Positions 54,233-64,000 of a DNA stretch of 64,000 nt are shown in pieces. Position 1 is the stretch's first letter; each line of letters begins with the position of its first letter. A program made the translations under genes and the position numbers. Origin of the DNA: an uncultured Rikenellaceae bacterium. Its GTDB lineage: Bacteria; Bacteroidota; Bacteroidia; Bacteroidales; VadinHA17. The DNA lies in assembly GCA_963696805.1 (NCBI GenBank), contig CAVOLF010000009.1, positions 120 through 64,119 on the forward strand. Reading direction: 5' to 3'. The notes beneath the pieces were generated by a model. The model did not search any database and was not told where the DNA came from. It saw only the letters and a program-made list of their open reading frames with translations.

Positions 54233-55464
54233 CTCTTTTCTCTGTTGTTCTCCCTCAGGTACCTTCTTGAGAGATAGTGAACCGGGTACCATGCCGCACC
54301 GTAGCCGATGGCTGCCACCGTGGCCGCCACCGTGACAAAGTCAATAAACTGCATCCTGACGGGATAGGCGTCAATGAGCAGTGATTCGCCTGCCAGCCTC
54401 ACAATGCCGAAGTGCTGCTGGGCTGCGCAGAGCATGAAGCCCAGTATCAGACCGAGGGCCGTGCCAATGATGGAGATCATCCATCCCTCATAGATGAAGA
54501 TTCGTTTAATAAGCAGGTTATCGGCTCCCAGGCTCTTCAGGATATTGATATCCCTCTCTTTTTCTATTATGAGCATGGTGAGCGACCCGATAATATTGAA
54601 CGAGGCAATTATCAGGATAAAGGTCAGGATCACAAAGATGGCAAGCCTTTCCGCCCTCATCACCTTGTAGAACATCTCCTGCTGTTCATACCTGTTCTGG
54701 ACCAGGAACTGGTCTCCCATGAGCTCCCTGATGTCTTTCTGTGTCTTTCGTTCATCCGCTCCGCTCTTCATCCTTACTTCGATGGAGCTGACCTCGGTAG
54801 TATAGTCAAGCAATTCCCTTGTGAAATCAAGAGGGAGGAAGACATATTTGGAATCAAACTCCTGCTCAACGGCAAAGATCCCGGAGAGATAGATATATTT
54901 CCGGGTGAATTCACTTCCCGGGCTGGCCCTTATTCTGGCTTTGCGGTCAGGGATATAGATTGACAGGGGAGAGACGAAGTTTAGTCTCATTCCCAGGTGG
55001 TTTGCCACACCCAGTCCGGCTACGGCATACGGTCTTCCATTCTCTGCCTGCAGCAAAAATTCGCCGTCCCACATGGCAGTGTCAAGATCGGTGACATCGG
55101 TGTAGTTGAGCGAGACACCCTTGACGGTGGCTATGAACTGCTGTTCATCATACCTCAGCAGTGCGTTCTCCTCCAGGGTCTCGGCATAAACGTCCACGCC
55201 TTCTATGTCTGAAAGCCGATGAAGCACCAGGGTGTCAGGGGTGAACACTTTTCCCATCACAGGTGAAATCTTTATCTCCGGGTCTGACGTGCTGAAGATG
55301 CTCCTCACCATCTCCTCAAGGCCATTGAATACCGACAGTATGGTTATCAGCGCCATGGTGCCCACCATGACACCCGCCACGGATATGGCTGATATGACAT
55401 TGATGGCGTTGCGCGATTTCTTCGCGAACAGGTATCTTCTTGCTATGAAAAGCGAGAGCTTCAT
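54229..55464 (-). CDS. LolC/E- or FtsX-like ABC permease
   Basis: FIARRYLFAKKS, ILSVFNG, IASFNIIGSLTMLIIEK..DI.ILKSLGA. Confidence 0.88.
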   Translation of the reverse strand: MKLSLFIARRYLFAKKSRNAINVISAISVAGVMVGTMALITILSVFNGLEEMVRSIFSTSDPEIKISPVMGKVFTPDTLVLHRLSDIEGVDVYAETLEENALLRYDEQQFIATVKGVSLNYTDVTDLDTAMWDGEFLLQAENGRPYAVAGLGVANHLGMRLNFVSPLSIYIPDRKARIRASPGSEFTRKYIYLSGIFAVEQEFDSKYVFLPLDFTRELLDYTTEVSSIEVRMKSGADERKTQKDIRELMGDQFLVQNRYEQQEMFYKVMRAERLAIFVILTFILIIASFNIIGSLTMLIIEKERDINILKSLGADNLLIKRIFIYEGWMISIIGTALGLILGFMLCAAQQHFGIVRLAGESLLIDAYPVRMQFIDFVTVAATVAAIGYGAAWYPVHYLSRRYLRENNREKR

Positions 55465-56276
55465 CTTCCGTTTCGGGCTATAACAAGCAATCCGGTCCCT
55501 CTCTCATGGCTGGTATGCAGGTCGATAAGATTCAGCACCACGACGAAGGGCATGACGACAAGATACCATAAAGGAAGGAGAATGAAGAATAGCTTTGAGA
55601 CTGAAAGCATGATGACCGGATATTTCATTGAGAGTCGCCATGCGATGCTTCCGGGTGTGCCGTAAGTATAAGATACCGACACCTCTCCGAATCCTGCCGT
55701 GGTCAGCTTCTCCGCGATCTCTTCCCTGCCGTACCCGTCGCGCACATGCTCTCCGATGAAGGAGGTGTCGTCATCCGAGTGCACATCTGATCCGCCCATG
55801 TCGGATGGGGTGGAGATGACGAGGTATCCTCCGGGGTTCATCATTGAATTGAATGAGGAGAAGACCCTGCGGTCTTCCAGTATATGTTCCATCACATCAA
55901 CGCAGAGGACCAGGTCATAACTGCCTTCGCCGTTCCATGTCACCAGGTCGGCTTCGACGGCATGCACCCTGTCTCCCAGTCGTGCAGTTCTGAAGAAGGC
56001 ATTACAGTCAGCCACCTGATCGCTCTTGATGTCGGCTGCGGTTATCCTCCAGCCCGGGAACCTGGAGGCCATCCACCAGGTGTACTGCCCGAAGCCCATC
56101 CCGGCATCGAGCACAGGGGCTGAGGAGGGGATGGCCGTACCCAGCCTCTTCAGGGCCTTTCTGACGTGCCATGAACGGAGGAGCAGGATATTGAGGAGAC
56201 GGTAAAAGAGCTTCCGCAGCAACGGGTGGCGGTTGAACTGCCTCCCGAGGAGCTCTTTTATGGGATCATAGTGCAT
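55461..56276 (-). CDS. Class I SAM-dependent methyltransferase
   Basis: VLDAGMGFGQY, DLVLCVDVMEHI, PGGYLVISTP. Confidence 0.85.
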   Translation of the reverse strand: MHYDPIKELLGRQFNRHPLLRKLFYRLLNILLLRSWHVRKALKRLGTAIPSSAPVLDAGMGFGQYTWWMASRFPGWRITAADIKSDQVADCNAFFRTARLGDRVHAVEADLVTWNGEGSYDLVLCVDVMEHILEDRRVFSSFNSMMNPGGYLVISTPSDMGGSDVHSDDDTSFIGEHVRDGYGREEIAEKLTTAGFGEVSVSYTYGTPGSIAWRLSMKYPVIMLSVSKLFFILLPLWYLVVMPFVVVLNLIDLHTSHERGTGLLVIARNGR

Positions 56277-56281
56277 CGGCC

Positions 56282-56620
56282 TTATTCCTTGAGGAGGTTT
56301 GTGATTTTGTCAATATAGTCATTGCTGTCATCAATGAAGAAGGCTATCTCAGGGACTATCCGCAACTGGTTGCGTACCTTCTGTCCGAGCTCGTACCTCA
56401 GTCTCGGGACGCTGTTGCGCAATCCTTCAAGGACCGTGGCAGATCCGTCAGACGGGAAGATGCTGACATATGTCTTTGCCAGCGAGAGGTCGGGGCTGAC
56501 GCGGACCGTAGTTACGGAGATCATCTTCCCGGGTGCCAGCTCACTTCCGTGATGCATTATTATCTCTGCAAGCTCCTTAAGCACCAGTCTTGCAACTTTC
56601 TTCTGCCGTGTTGATTCCAT
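56282..56620 (-). CDS. rbfA: 30S ribosome-binding factor A
   Basis: MESTRQKKVARL, VRVSPDLSLAKTYVSIFP, LRIVPEIAFFIDDS; TATTTTTG box at 56639-56646. Confidence 0.95.
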   Translation of the reverse strand: MESTRQKKVARLVLKELAEIIMHHGSELAPGKMISVTTVRVSPDLSLAKTYVSIFPSDGSATVLEGLRNSVPRLRYELGQKVRNQLRIVPEIAFFIDDSNDYIDKITNLLKE

Positions 56621-56663
56621 GATGGGTGATTTACCAGGCAAAAATACAAAAATTGTTGCAGTG

Positions 56664-56845
56664 GCAGGCGTCAGGGGGTGGCGTCTGCAAGATGATGCGG
56701 CAGGCCTCAGGTGCTGGCAGCCCATAGATGATGCGGCAGGCCTCAGGCGCTGACGGCCCAAAGATGATGCGGCAGGCGTCAGGGGGTGTCGGCTGAAAGA
56801 TGGCCCACTGGGCTTCGGCTCTGCCGGCTGAAAGATAGCCCTGCC
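56664..56845. repeat. 36-bp intergenic tandem repeat, ~4-5 copies, between the divergent rbfA and trpS promoters
   Basis: GCAGGC(G/C)TCAGG..........(A)AGATGATGCG unit. Confidence 0.85.
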
Positions 56846-56896
56846 GGATCAAATTCGTTATTTATCCCTATTTTTGTCGCGGATAATAAATTTTTA

Positions 56897-57886
56897 ATGG
56901 ATACAGTAGTAAGTGGCATAAGGTCAACGGGCAATCTTCACCTGGGCAATTATTTCGGGGCCCTGAAAAATTTCCTGAGGATGCAGGATGAGAACAACTG
57001 TTATTTTTTTGTAGCAGATTATCACTCACTCACCACACATCCGCATCCGGATGACATTCACGAGAACATCCGCCAGGTGCTGGCGGAATACCTGGCGGTG
57101 GGCATCGACCCTGAGAAGGCCACGGTGTATGTGCAGAGTGATGTCCCGGAGGTTGCCGAGCTCTACCTGCTGATGAACATGAACGCCTATGTGGGAGAGC
57201 TTGAGCGCACCACCTCTTTTAAGGAGAAGATAAGGCAGCATCCTGACAACATCAATGCCGGGCTGCTCACCTATCCGGTGCTGATGGCTGCCGACATCAT
57301 CATTCACAAGGCTCACAAGGTTCCCGTAGGAAAGGACCAGGAGCAGCATCTTGAGATGACGCGCCGCTTTGCACGCCGCTTCAACACCATGTACAATGTC
57401 GATTATTTCCCTGAGCCTGACGCATACAACTTCGGCAAACAGCTGATAAAGATCCCGGGGCTTGATGGGTCGGGGAAGATGGGCAAGAGCGAGGGCAACG
57501 GCATTTTCCTGGCCGATACGCCGGAGGAGATACGCAAGAAGGTGATGAGGGCGGTGACGGATGCAGGTCCGGAGAGAGAGAACTCCGAGCCTTCAGAGCC
57601 CGTAAAGAATCTGTTTGCCCTCATGGATGTTGTTTCGGATACTGCCACGGTCAGAGAGTTCCGTGAGCAGCATGCCCGCTGCGAGATCAGGTACGGTGAC
57701 ATGAAGAAGCAGCTTGCCGAGGATATCATCAAGGTCACCGAGCCTATCAGGATTCGCATCAATGAGATCATCAATGACCCCGTTTACCTGGGCAGGGTCG
57801 TGGCTCAGGGGGCCGAAAAGGCCAGGGCAAGCGCCTCTGCAACCATAAAGGAGGTGAGGGAGATAATCGGCTACAGACCGTTCTGA
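56897..57886 (+). CDS. trpS: Tryptophan--tRNA ligase
   Basis: SGIRSTGNLHLGNY, YPVLMAADI, VPVGKDQEQHLE, KMGKS; TATTTTTG box at 56869-56876. Confidence 0.97.
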   Translation: MDTVVSGIRSTGNLHLGNYFGALKNFLRMQDENNCYFFVADYHSLTTHPHPDDIHENIRQVLAEYLAVGIDPEKATVYVQSDVPEVAELYLLMNMNAYVGELERTTSFKEKIRQHPDNINAGLLTYPVLMAADIIIHKAHKVPVGKDQEQHLEMTRRFARRFNTMYNVDYFPEPDAYNFGKQLIKIPGLDGSGKMGKSEGNGIFLADTPEEIRKKVMRAVTDAGPERENSEPSEPVKNLFALMDVVSDTATVREFREQHARCEIRYGDMKKQLAEDIIKVTEPIRIRINEIINDPVYLGRVVAQGAEKARASASATIKEVREIIGYRPF

Positions 57887-57898
57887 CAATCTCTTCCG

Positions 57899-59083
57899 TT
57901 ATGCATTCACGATGGGGGCACGCTCGAACGGGGCACCCCTGTCAAAGTGATAGCGGTAGGTTATATGTGTCTTGATGATTTTGGCACCTATCTGGTCAAG
58001 CAGGTGCATCATTGACGGGTTGAAATCGCCTATCCAGTTGAATTCAAGCTCTTTATACGGAAATTTCTCAGACAGCGCAAGCTTTGCGAATGACATTATC
58101 AGGGCCCCTTCCACCCCCTTGCGCTGATGTTCGGGCACAATCCCGAAGATAAGACCGAACGCTTTTGTCATCTCGCCTCTGACATGCCTGTACCACAGGA
58201 ATTTCAGCCTTCCCACCTGGTTCATCTTGCCGTTCAGGTGCCTGACAATCTGGTTGATCTCGGGAAGCATGATGAAGAAGCATACCGGCTCATCCTTATA
58301 GAATCCGAACCACAGGAGCTTTTCGTCATGGATCTGCCTGAAGCTTTTAAAGATCAGCCTGGCGTGCCTCTCGCTTATTGTCTTCACCCCAGGGAAGCGA
58401 GCCCATCCCTTGTTGTAGACTATCATGAAGTTGCGGGCAATCTCCTTCGCCTCTGCAGTCTTCATGTACCTGAAGGAGTAGTCCGGGTTGTTGAAGATCC
58501 GTTCGGCCTTGGTCCTGATTACCTCGTCGAGGTTCCTGCCGGTGACGGGGGTATAATAGGTGTACTGTTCGAAGTAGTTTCTGAAGCCGTATTTATCAAA
58601 CAGTTCCCTGTAGTAAGGAGGGTTATAGGGCATGCAGTAGTTGGGAGGGAGGAAGCCCTCTGCCAGCAGCCCCCACCAGCGGTCGCGTTCGCCGAAGTTC
58701 ACGGGGCCCTCCATGGTTGTCATGTTGTTTCCCGCCAGCCAGTCGCGGCAGGCGTCAAACAGCATTGCTGCGGCATTATGATCATTGATACATTCAAAGA
58801 AACCCATACCTCCTACCAGCTTCTGATCGGCATTCGCGATCTTTCTGCTGTAAAAGGCAGCCACTCTGCCTACACACTTTCCGGAGCTGTCTCTGAGCAG
58901 CCATCTGATGGCATCACCGTTCCGGAACTGGCTGTTGACAGAGGGATTGAAGACTGACTCCACATCCCTGAAGAGCGGCCTGATCCAGTTGCCGTCACCC
59001 TTGTTGATAGCAGCCGGCAGATCATGAAACTCCCTGATCTCCTTTTTGCTTTTTACCTCAGCAAGATGATAAATGCCGGCCAT
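57899..59083 (-). CDS. GNAT-fold hypothetical protein (YghO-like)
   Basis: W..PL, VGRVAAF, GFFECIND, GPVNF, GLL.EGF, YNPPYY, FGIVPEHQRKGVE, WIGDFN. Confidence 0.7.
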   Translation of the reverse strand: MAGIYHLAEVKSKKEIREFHDLPAAINKGDGNWIRPLFRDVESVFNPSVNSQFRNGDAIRWLLRDSSGKCVGRVAAFYSRKIANADQKLVGGMGFFECINDHNAAAMLFDACRDWLAGNNMTTMEGPVNFGERDRWWGLLAEGFLPPNYCMPYNPPYYRELFDKYGFRNYFEQYTYYTPVTGRNLDEVIRTKAERIFNNPDYSFRYMKTAEAKEIARNFMIVYNKGWARFPGVKTISERHARLIFKSFRQIHDEKLLWFGFYKDEPVCFFIMLPEINQIVRHLNGKMNQVGRLKFLWYRHVRGEMTKAFGLIFGIVPEHQRKGVEGALIMSFAKLALSEKFPYKELEFNWIGDFNPSMMHLLDQIGAKIIKTHITYRYHFDRGAPFERAPIVNA

Positions 59084-59188
59084 TTCCCTCAGATATCCAA
59101 ACAAGGCTGAAATTTAGTCAATCATTTTGGAATAGCAAAAGCTTGTCAGAATGATCAGGTTCCATAAAGAAGGGTCTTTGCAGGATTA

Positions 59189-59340
59189 CCGGGACGTGCA
59201 GATGAAGGGGCATGAAAGATGACCGGGATGTGCAGATGGCGGGGCATGAAAGATGACCGGGCCTTGCAGGTGAAGAGGCATGAAGGATGACCGCGACGTG
59301 CAGATGAAGGGGCATGAAAGATGACCGGGCCCTGCAGGGT
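59189..59340. repeat. 34-bp intergenic tandem repeat, ~4.5 copies
   Basis: CCGGGACGTGCAGATGAAGGGGCATGAAAGATGA unit. Confidence 0.9.
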
Positions 59341-59371
59341 TAAGGGATTCTGCGTGGAGATTAACGTGTTG

Positions 59372-61777
59372 TCAGATCCTGACCCTGGCCGAGAAGATGA
59401 AGTTTATTCCCGGAGCTGCGATGCCCGATGAATAGGGTCTGTAGCGCAGATCCAGAATGTTTTCCACACCCGCGGTCAAATCGACCCTGTTGCTTATATT
59501 GAAGAATGTCTTTAAGTTAAGCGTGAACCACCCGGGTGACCAGGGGTTGCCGTCCGCGTCGGTGGCGTACATGTAGGCTTTGTCTCTCTCACTGGGAGCA
59601 AGCCTGTCATAGGTGATGCTTCCGTTATAGACGGCATAGAGATCAGTCTTAAGGAATGATTTTTCAAAGATAACATGTGTTGCTCCGAAGACCGGGGGAA
59701 TATGCCTCAGTGGCTCCCTGTCGTTGTCATGACCACCGGTGAGGGTCAGTGCTGATTTTATCCTGAGAAATGATGAAGGTCTCAGTTCGGCTTTCATCTG
59801 AGCGCCGTAAACAATCGCATAACCGGTGTTGACCATGGCATAGACATCGCTCTCCTCTCCCTGGTATTCAATGGTTGGCTCTCCGTTGAAGAGGAACTCG
59901 CGGCGCACCATGGCATTATCAAGGTAGGAGTAAAAGAGGGAGGCTTCCGCGAGAAGCATTCTGCCGATCTCTCTGCTGGCACCAATGTCTGCATTGTACA
60001 GGTATTCAGGTCTGAGGTCAGGATTGGGCACTACAATTACACCCGGGGCGGATTCAAACACTTTCCCGAGGTCATCCAGGTTAGGGGCTCTGAACCCCGT
60101 TGAAAGGTTGAATGTCAGCTCCGTCAGCCCGTCAGGCCTGTAGACAGCTCCGGCGGCACCGGTCACGGCGCTGTTGGCCGAATGGATGGAGGTGAACGGG
60201 AAATTATAGAATGAGTTGTCAGCTATGGTAGAACTAAGGGAGACGAAGTTGAACCTCGCCCCTGTGCTGACGGTGAACTTGCTGCCCAGGTTGAGTTTAT
60301 AACCGCCGTAAAGCGAAAAGCTGTTATAGATATTCCGTCCGTTGGGATAACGTGAACCTGCAGGGACGGTCTCGCCTGTGTCTATGTTCTTGACATCAGC
60401 CTCACTGCGGATATTGTTCCGGACATATTCAGCCCCGTAATAGATCAGGCTGTTGTTTTTCTCCGGCGTCTTGTCGAAGTCGAGGTTGACAGACCATATT
60501 CCCACTTTTTCCATCTGTTGGTTGAGGCTGACGTCATTTATCTTCCTGTCATGCCGGCTCTCGCGGTAATCCTGCCTTGCAACCGTCAGGCGGGCTTCGT
60601 CAAATGCTGCTGACGGCTTATTGTAGCTGACCGTTGAGTTGGTCATCATCCATATCTGAGGGCCATAATACCAGTCGCCGTACCTCAGTGTACTGTTCCT
60701 TACCTGGATCAGCCTGTCATAGCGGGGTATGTCTGAAAGATGTGAGTAATGGTGAGCAAGGTTGATGTCGAAGTTTTTTCCCGCCTTGAAGCGCAGCTTG
60801 TTCATCAGGTTAAGCTGTGAGTAGCCGGAAGCGACCTGTTCCCGGGGATTTTCATTAATAATCACAGTGTCTGTGCCGGTGATACGGGCCTGGTATTCAT
60901 TGCGGAGGTATTCGGGGTGCGATCTCGATCCCATGACCAGGTCTCCATAATCGGACCAGGTAACCGAGGAGAGGAGAGCCATCCTGCGGCTTCCGACGTT
61001 GACATCAACGTGGTATGTCTGTTCCCGGGCGGCAGTTGAGTACCTTGCCAGGGCATCGGCCTTCAGATAAACGGAATCACCTGTAGAAAAGAGCGCCTTC
61101 TTGGTATGGAAGTCCATAACTCCGCCAAGGGCATCGCTCCCGTACATGGTGGCACCGGGTCCGAAGATTATCTCAGTGCGGTCTATCATTGACGGGTCAA
61201 GGGAGATTATGTTCTGGATGTTTCCCTCGCGGTATATGGCATTGTTCAACCTGACGCCGTCAATATTTATCAGCACCCTGTTGGTGGCAAATCCCCTGAG
61301 CATTGGACTGCCGCCTCCCAGCTGGCTTTTCTGCACGAAGACATCACCTCCCAGGGAGACAAGGTCAGCTGCTGTCTGAGGGTTCTGTATCCTTACTGAA
61401 GGAAGGGCTATGGTGCTGATATAGTTCGGCACCTCATCAGACTTCTGTTCCCACCTGTTCGCCGAAACAATAAATTCTTCAACCTCAAAGGTCTTTGTCT
61501 CAAGCCTGACAATCCATCCGGCCTCCATGAGCTCTTCGGGGGTGAATGAGGCCCTCTCGTAGGAGAAGTGCTGAAAATAGATTGGTTGCCCCGCCCTGAA
61601 CCGCGAGAGGCTTGCTTTGCCTGATGGGCTGGTATAACAGAACTGGGTACGTGCCTCATTATATACGGCTACGTCAGCAACGGGCTTGTCATCATCTGCT
61701 GAAATTACAGTGACAGTCTGTGCACAGAGCGTCATAACAGGCAGTAAAAAAAACAGCAGAAACGAAAATTTCTTCAT
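59372..61777 (-). CDS. TonB-dependent outer-membrane receptor
   Basis: Signal peptide; plug motifs QKSQLGGGSP.LRGF, IDGVRLNN, GPGATMYGSDALGGV; barrel GFRAPNLDD, GVENILD..Y. Confidence 0.92.
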   Translation of the reverse strand: MKKFSFLLFFLLPVMTLCAQTVTVISADDDKPVADVAVYNEARTQFCYTSPSGKASLSRFRAGQPIYFQHFSYERASFTPEELMEAGWIVRLETKTFEVEEFIVSANRWEQKSDEVPNYISTIALPSVRIQNPQTAADLVSLGGDVFVQKSQLGGGSPMLRGFATNRVLINIDGVRLNNAIYREGNIQNIISLDPSMIDRTEIIFGPGATMYGSDALGGVMDFHTKKALFSTGDSVYLKADALARYSTAAREQTYHVDVNVGSRRMALLSSVTWSDYGDLVMGSRSHPEYLRNEYQARITGTDTVIINENPREQVASGYSQLNLMNKLRFKAGKNFDINLAHHYSHLSDIPRYDRLIQVRNSTLRYGDWYYGPQIWMMTNSTVSYNKPSAAFDEARLTVARQDYRESRHDRKINDVSLNQQMEKVGIWSVNLDFDKTPEKNNSLIYYGAEYVRNNIRSEADVKNIDTGETVPAGSRYPNGRNIYNSFSLYGGYKLNLGSKFTVSTGARFNFVSLSSTIADNSFYNFPFTSIHSANSAVTGAAGAVYRPDGLTELTFNLSTGFRAPNLDDLGKVFESAPGVIVVPNPDLRPEYLYNADIGASREIGRMLLAEASLFYSYLDNAMVRREFLFNGEPTIEYQGEESDVYAMVNTGYAIVYGAQMKAELRPSSFLRIKSALTLTGGHDNDREPLRHIPPVFGATHVIFEKSFLKTDLYAVYNGSITYDRLAPSERDKAYMYATDADGNPWSPGWFTLNLKTFFNISNRVDLTAGVENILDLRYRPYSSGIAAPGINFIFSARVRI

Positions 61778-61939
61778 TAGTCAAAAGTTAAGAACGGTGA
61801 TAGGGGCACAAAAAGCATTCCATAAATAGCAGAACTGAGAATGTTTTCCGGCATTTTTACAGGAAACCCTGGTCAAACTCTTTTGCCGGGGCAAATTAAT
61901 ATTTTATATTTTTGAGAACATATATCAACTGCAAAAATA

Positions 61940-64000
61940 GTGCATAAGAAAACCGGGGTCATATTGTTGGGTCTGTTTGCTGCAGCCCTGGTCATAGCTG
62001 CCTTTTTCATAAGGAAGGATAAGCAGGTGTTGGTTGTTGATCCGTGGGTGGCAGTACCTTCGGATGCTTTCTTCATTATGGAGACCGATGATTTTCCGGA
62101 GTTGCTTACCCGTACAACCGATCCGGCCGGGATGATTTCAAGGCTCCCGGGGATGAAGTGGGCCGATACGCTGATACGTTCCGCCTCTGCTATTGACAGC
62201 ATCACCGGGGCGCCTGAGGTGCGAGGCATGATCAGCGGCAGGAGGGTCATCATCTCATTTCATGTGACAGGCCCGGGCCGTGTCACTCCGCTGTTTGTCA
62301 TGAGCGGAGGTACCTCATTGACTCCGAGGCGGCTGACGAGCCTGTGCAGACAGTCCGGCGGGGCGGTGACGGAGGCCAGGGAGCTGGGAGGAACAAGGAG
62401 ATATACCGTCACCTACGGTAAAGGCAACAGACAGACACCTGTAAGCATCGCTCTCACCTCAGGGATCATAATAATCTCCACATCTGAAAATCTGATCTCG
62501 GCTGCACTCGACAACAACAGTGCGGGCTCTGACATACGCCATCAGCAGGGGTTTGCCCCCGTGGTCAATGCCTCGGGAAAAGATGCCGACAACGTTTTTA
62601 TCCTCTTCAGGAACCTGCCCGGATTCCTGAAGTCGTTCATCGATCCCGAAGATATTTCCGCAATAGCCTCAGTGGCCATTGCCGGTGGCGGTGACCTCAA
62701 GGCTGCAGAGGAGGGGCTGTTCATCAGCGGATTCCTGACCACTTCCGGTGCGGGGATGGGGGCTGACCGCCTGAGGACTGTCGCTCCCGAGGAGTGCGGC
62801 GTTCATGAATTGTTACCAGAGGGTACTGTCAGCTACAGGACTGTCATGCAAAGGGCTTCGCTGAGAGGCGAAACGGCAACAGACCCTGCCTCAATAAATG
62901 CCACCGATCTGGCTCTGATACTCAGCCCCTTTACGGGAACAGAAGTGACCGATGCCCATGTGCGGGCCGGAACAGGGGAGGCGAGGATAAGGGTCTTCAG
63001 AATGACTGACCGCCAGTCGGCCGAGAAGGTGCTCAGGGAGCGGCTCATTGCCAAATACCGGTCGATGGGACTACGGGAGAGTCATTTTGTGGCATCGGCC
63101 CGCGGCAACGACGGCGTGGAGGAGGTTATCTACAAGATGCCTTTCACCGGCGTGGCCTCGATACTGTCAGGAGTGGGAGGCAGCAGTCCCGATGACGAAT
63201 GGGTGACATTCGCCAGATCATATATGATCTTCTCCGGATCGCCCGAGGCACTGGCGTCAGTAAGGAGAGAGTCGGACAATGAAAACACCCTGATCAATGA
63301 CCCGGAATTCAGGGAGATGGAAAAGACCTTGCCGACAAAAAGCTCATATCTGTTCTATTCTTCGGGGAGTGCGCTCAGTTCCATGCTGAACGGCGTGCTT
63401 ACACCGGAAGCAAAAGCCGGGTTGAAGACCGGTTCATTCGCGGGAATTAGCGGGGTAGGCCTGAGCCTCATTCCGAGCAACGGAATGATCTATACAAGTC
63501 TCTCGATACGGTACAGCGACAGAGAGAGGCAGCCTGACCGGGTCAGGGCAGGGGATATCACCCCACCCGGCACGGCAGCAGCTGATACCCCGGCTTCGTC
63601 AGCCCTGAAGCTGCTGTGGAAGGTAAAGCTTGAGGCCGATCCTGCTGTAAAACCGTTTCTCTTCATGAATCACAACACCGGAGCAACGGAGATCTTCATC
63701 CAGGATCAGAATAACAATATTTACCTGATAAGCGCATCAGGCAAGATCCTCTGGAAGGCCGCCATAAGGGAGAGGATCACCGGTGATATCTTCATGATAG
63801 ACTACTACAGGAACGGCAAAAACCAGCTTCTCTTTGCAGGAAAGAATTACATGCATCTCATTGACCGTAACGGCAATTACGTGGACAAATACCCGGTAAA
63901 GATGAGGTCCCCGGCATCAAATACCCTTGCCGTGTTCGACTATGAGAACAATAAGGATTACAGGATCTTCATTGCCGGGGAGGACAAAAAAATATATGCA
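61940..64000 (+). CDS. DUF3352-like membrane-anchored protein with C-terminal beta-propeller-like region; runs off the window end
   Basis: GTG start, MHKKTGVILLGLF...DPWVAVPSDA; near the end LLWKVKLE...NHNTG..EIFIQD..N.IYLI...GKILWK...IDYYRNGK.QLLF. No stop noticed in the parts read. Confidence 0.65.
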   Translation, partial: MHKKTGVILLGLFAAALVIAAFFIRKDKQVLVVDPWVAVPSDAFFIMETDDFPELLTRTTDPAGMISRLPGMKWADTLIRSASAIDSITGAPEVRGMISGRRVIISFHVTGPGRVTPLFVMSGGTSLTPRRLTSLCRQSGGAVTEARELGGTRRYTVTYGKGNRQTPVSIALTSGIIIISTSENLISAALDNNSAGSDIRHQQGFAPVVNASGKDADNVFILFRNLPGFLKSFIDPEDISAIASVAIAGGGDLKAAEEGLFISGFLTTSGAGMGADRLRTVAPEECGVHELLPEGTVSYRTVMQRASLRGETATDPASINATDLALILSPFTGTEVTDAHVRAGTGEARIRVFRMTDRQSAEKVLRERLIAKYRSMGLRESHFVASARGNDGVEEVIYKMPFTGVASILSGVGGSSPDDEWVTFARSYMIFSGSPEALASVRRESDNENTLINDPEFREMEKTLPTKSSYLFYSSGSALSSMLNGVLTPEAKAGLKTGSFAGISGVGLSLIPSNGMIYTSLSIRYSDRERQPDRVRAGDITPPGTAAADTPASSALKLLWKVKLEADPAVKPFLFMNHNTGATEIFIQDQNNNIYLISASGKILWKAAIRERITGDIFMIDYYRNGKNQLLFAGKNYMHLIDRNGNYVDKYPVKMRSPASNTLAVFDYENNKDYRIFIAGEDKKIYA

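Noticed and set aside
56664-56845. CRISPR array
   Set aside because: The variable parts are only ~14 bp and resemble each other; no cas genes or leader. It is a minisatellite.
1-64000. tRNA, rRNA, IS elements, integrases or prophage genes
   Set aside because: None recognised by eye.

Overview
Bacteroidales-type chromosomal window (TAnnTTTG -7 promoters, T9SS C-terminal sorting domains). Many apparent single-base frameshifts, densest in 1-13.5 kb, suggest an unpolished long-read assembly. From left to right: the tail of a surface-polysaccharide locus (AsnB-type amidotransferase, FemAB/GNAT, DUF354-like), a T9SS-secreted protein, a deacetylase-like gene, and a ~16.9 kb giant repeat adhesin with a type B T9SS tail. 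Next comes the most interesting part, a split RiPP-like system. It has a 59-aa peptide with a YxxPxV leader and a Ser/Pro-rich tail ending in Ser, a T9SS beta-helix protein, and an ABC exporter coupled to a nucleotidyltransferase. About 6 kb further, past cysS-ispG-rnr, lie a stand-alone PqqD/RRE gene and an HPr-kinase-like/S26-peptidase fusion. No lasso cyclase or SPASM radical SAM enzyme is linked to it. The rest is mostly housekeeping: metH, metF, metK with a SAM-II-type riboswitch, asnS, rpoN, rbfA, trpS, a TonB receptor and others. Also seen: a candidate ~220-nt sRNA upstream of cysS and repeated decaying tandem duplications at gene 3' ends. Family assignments come from motif recognition only; no searches were run.
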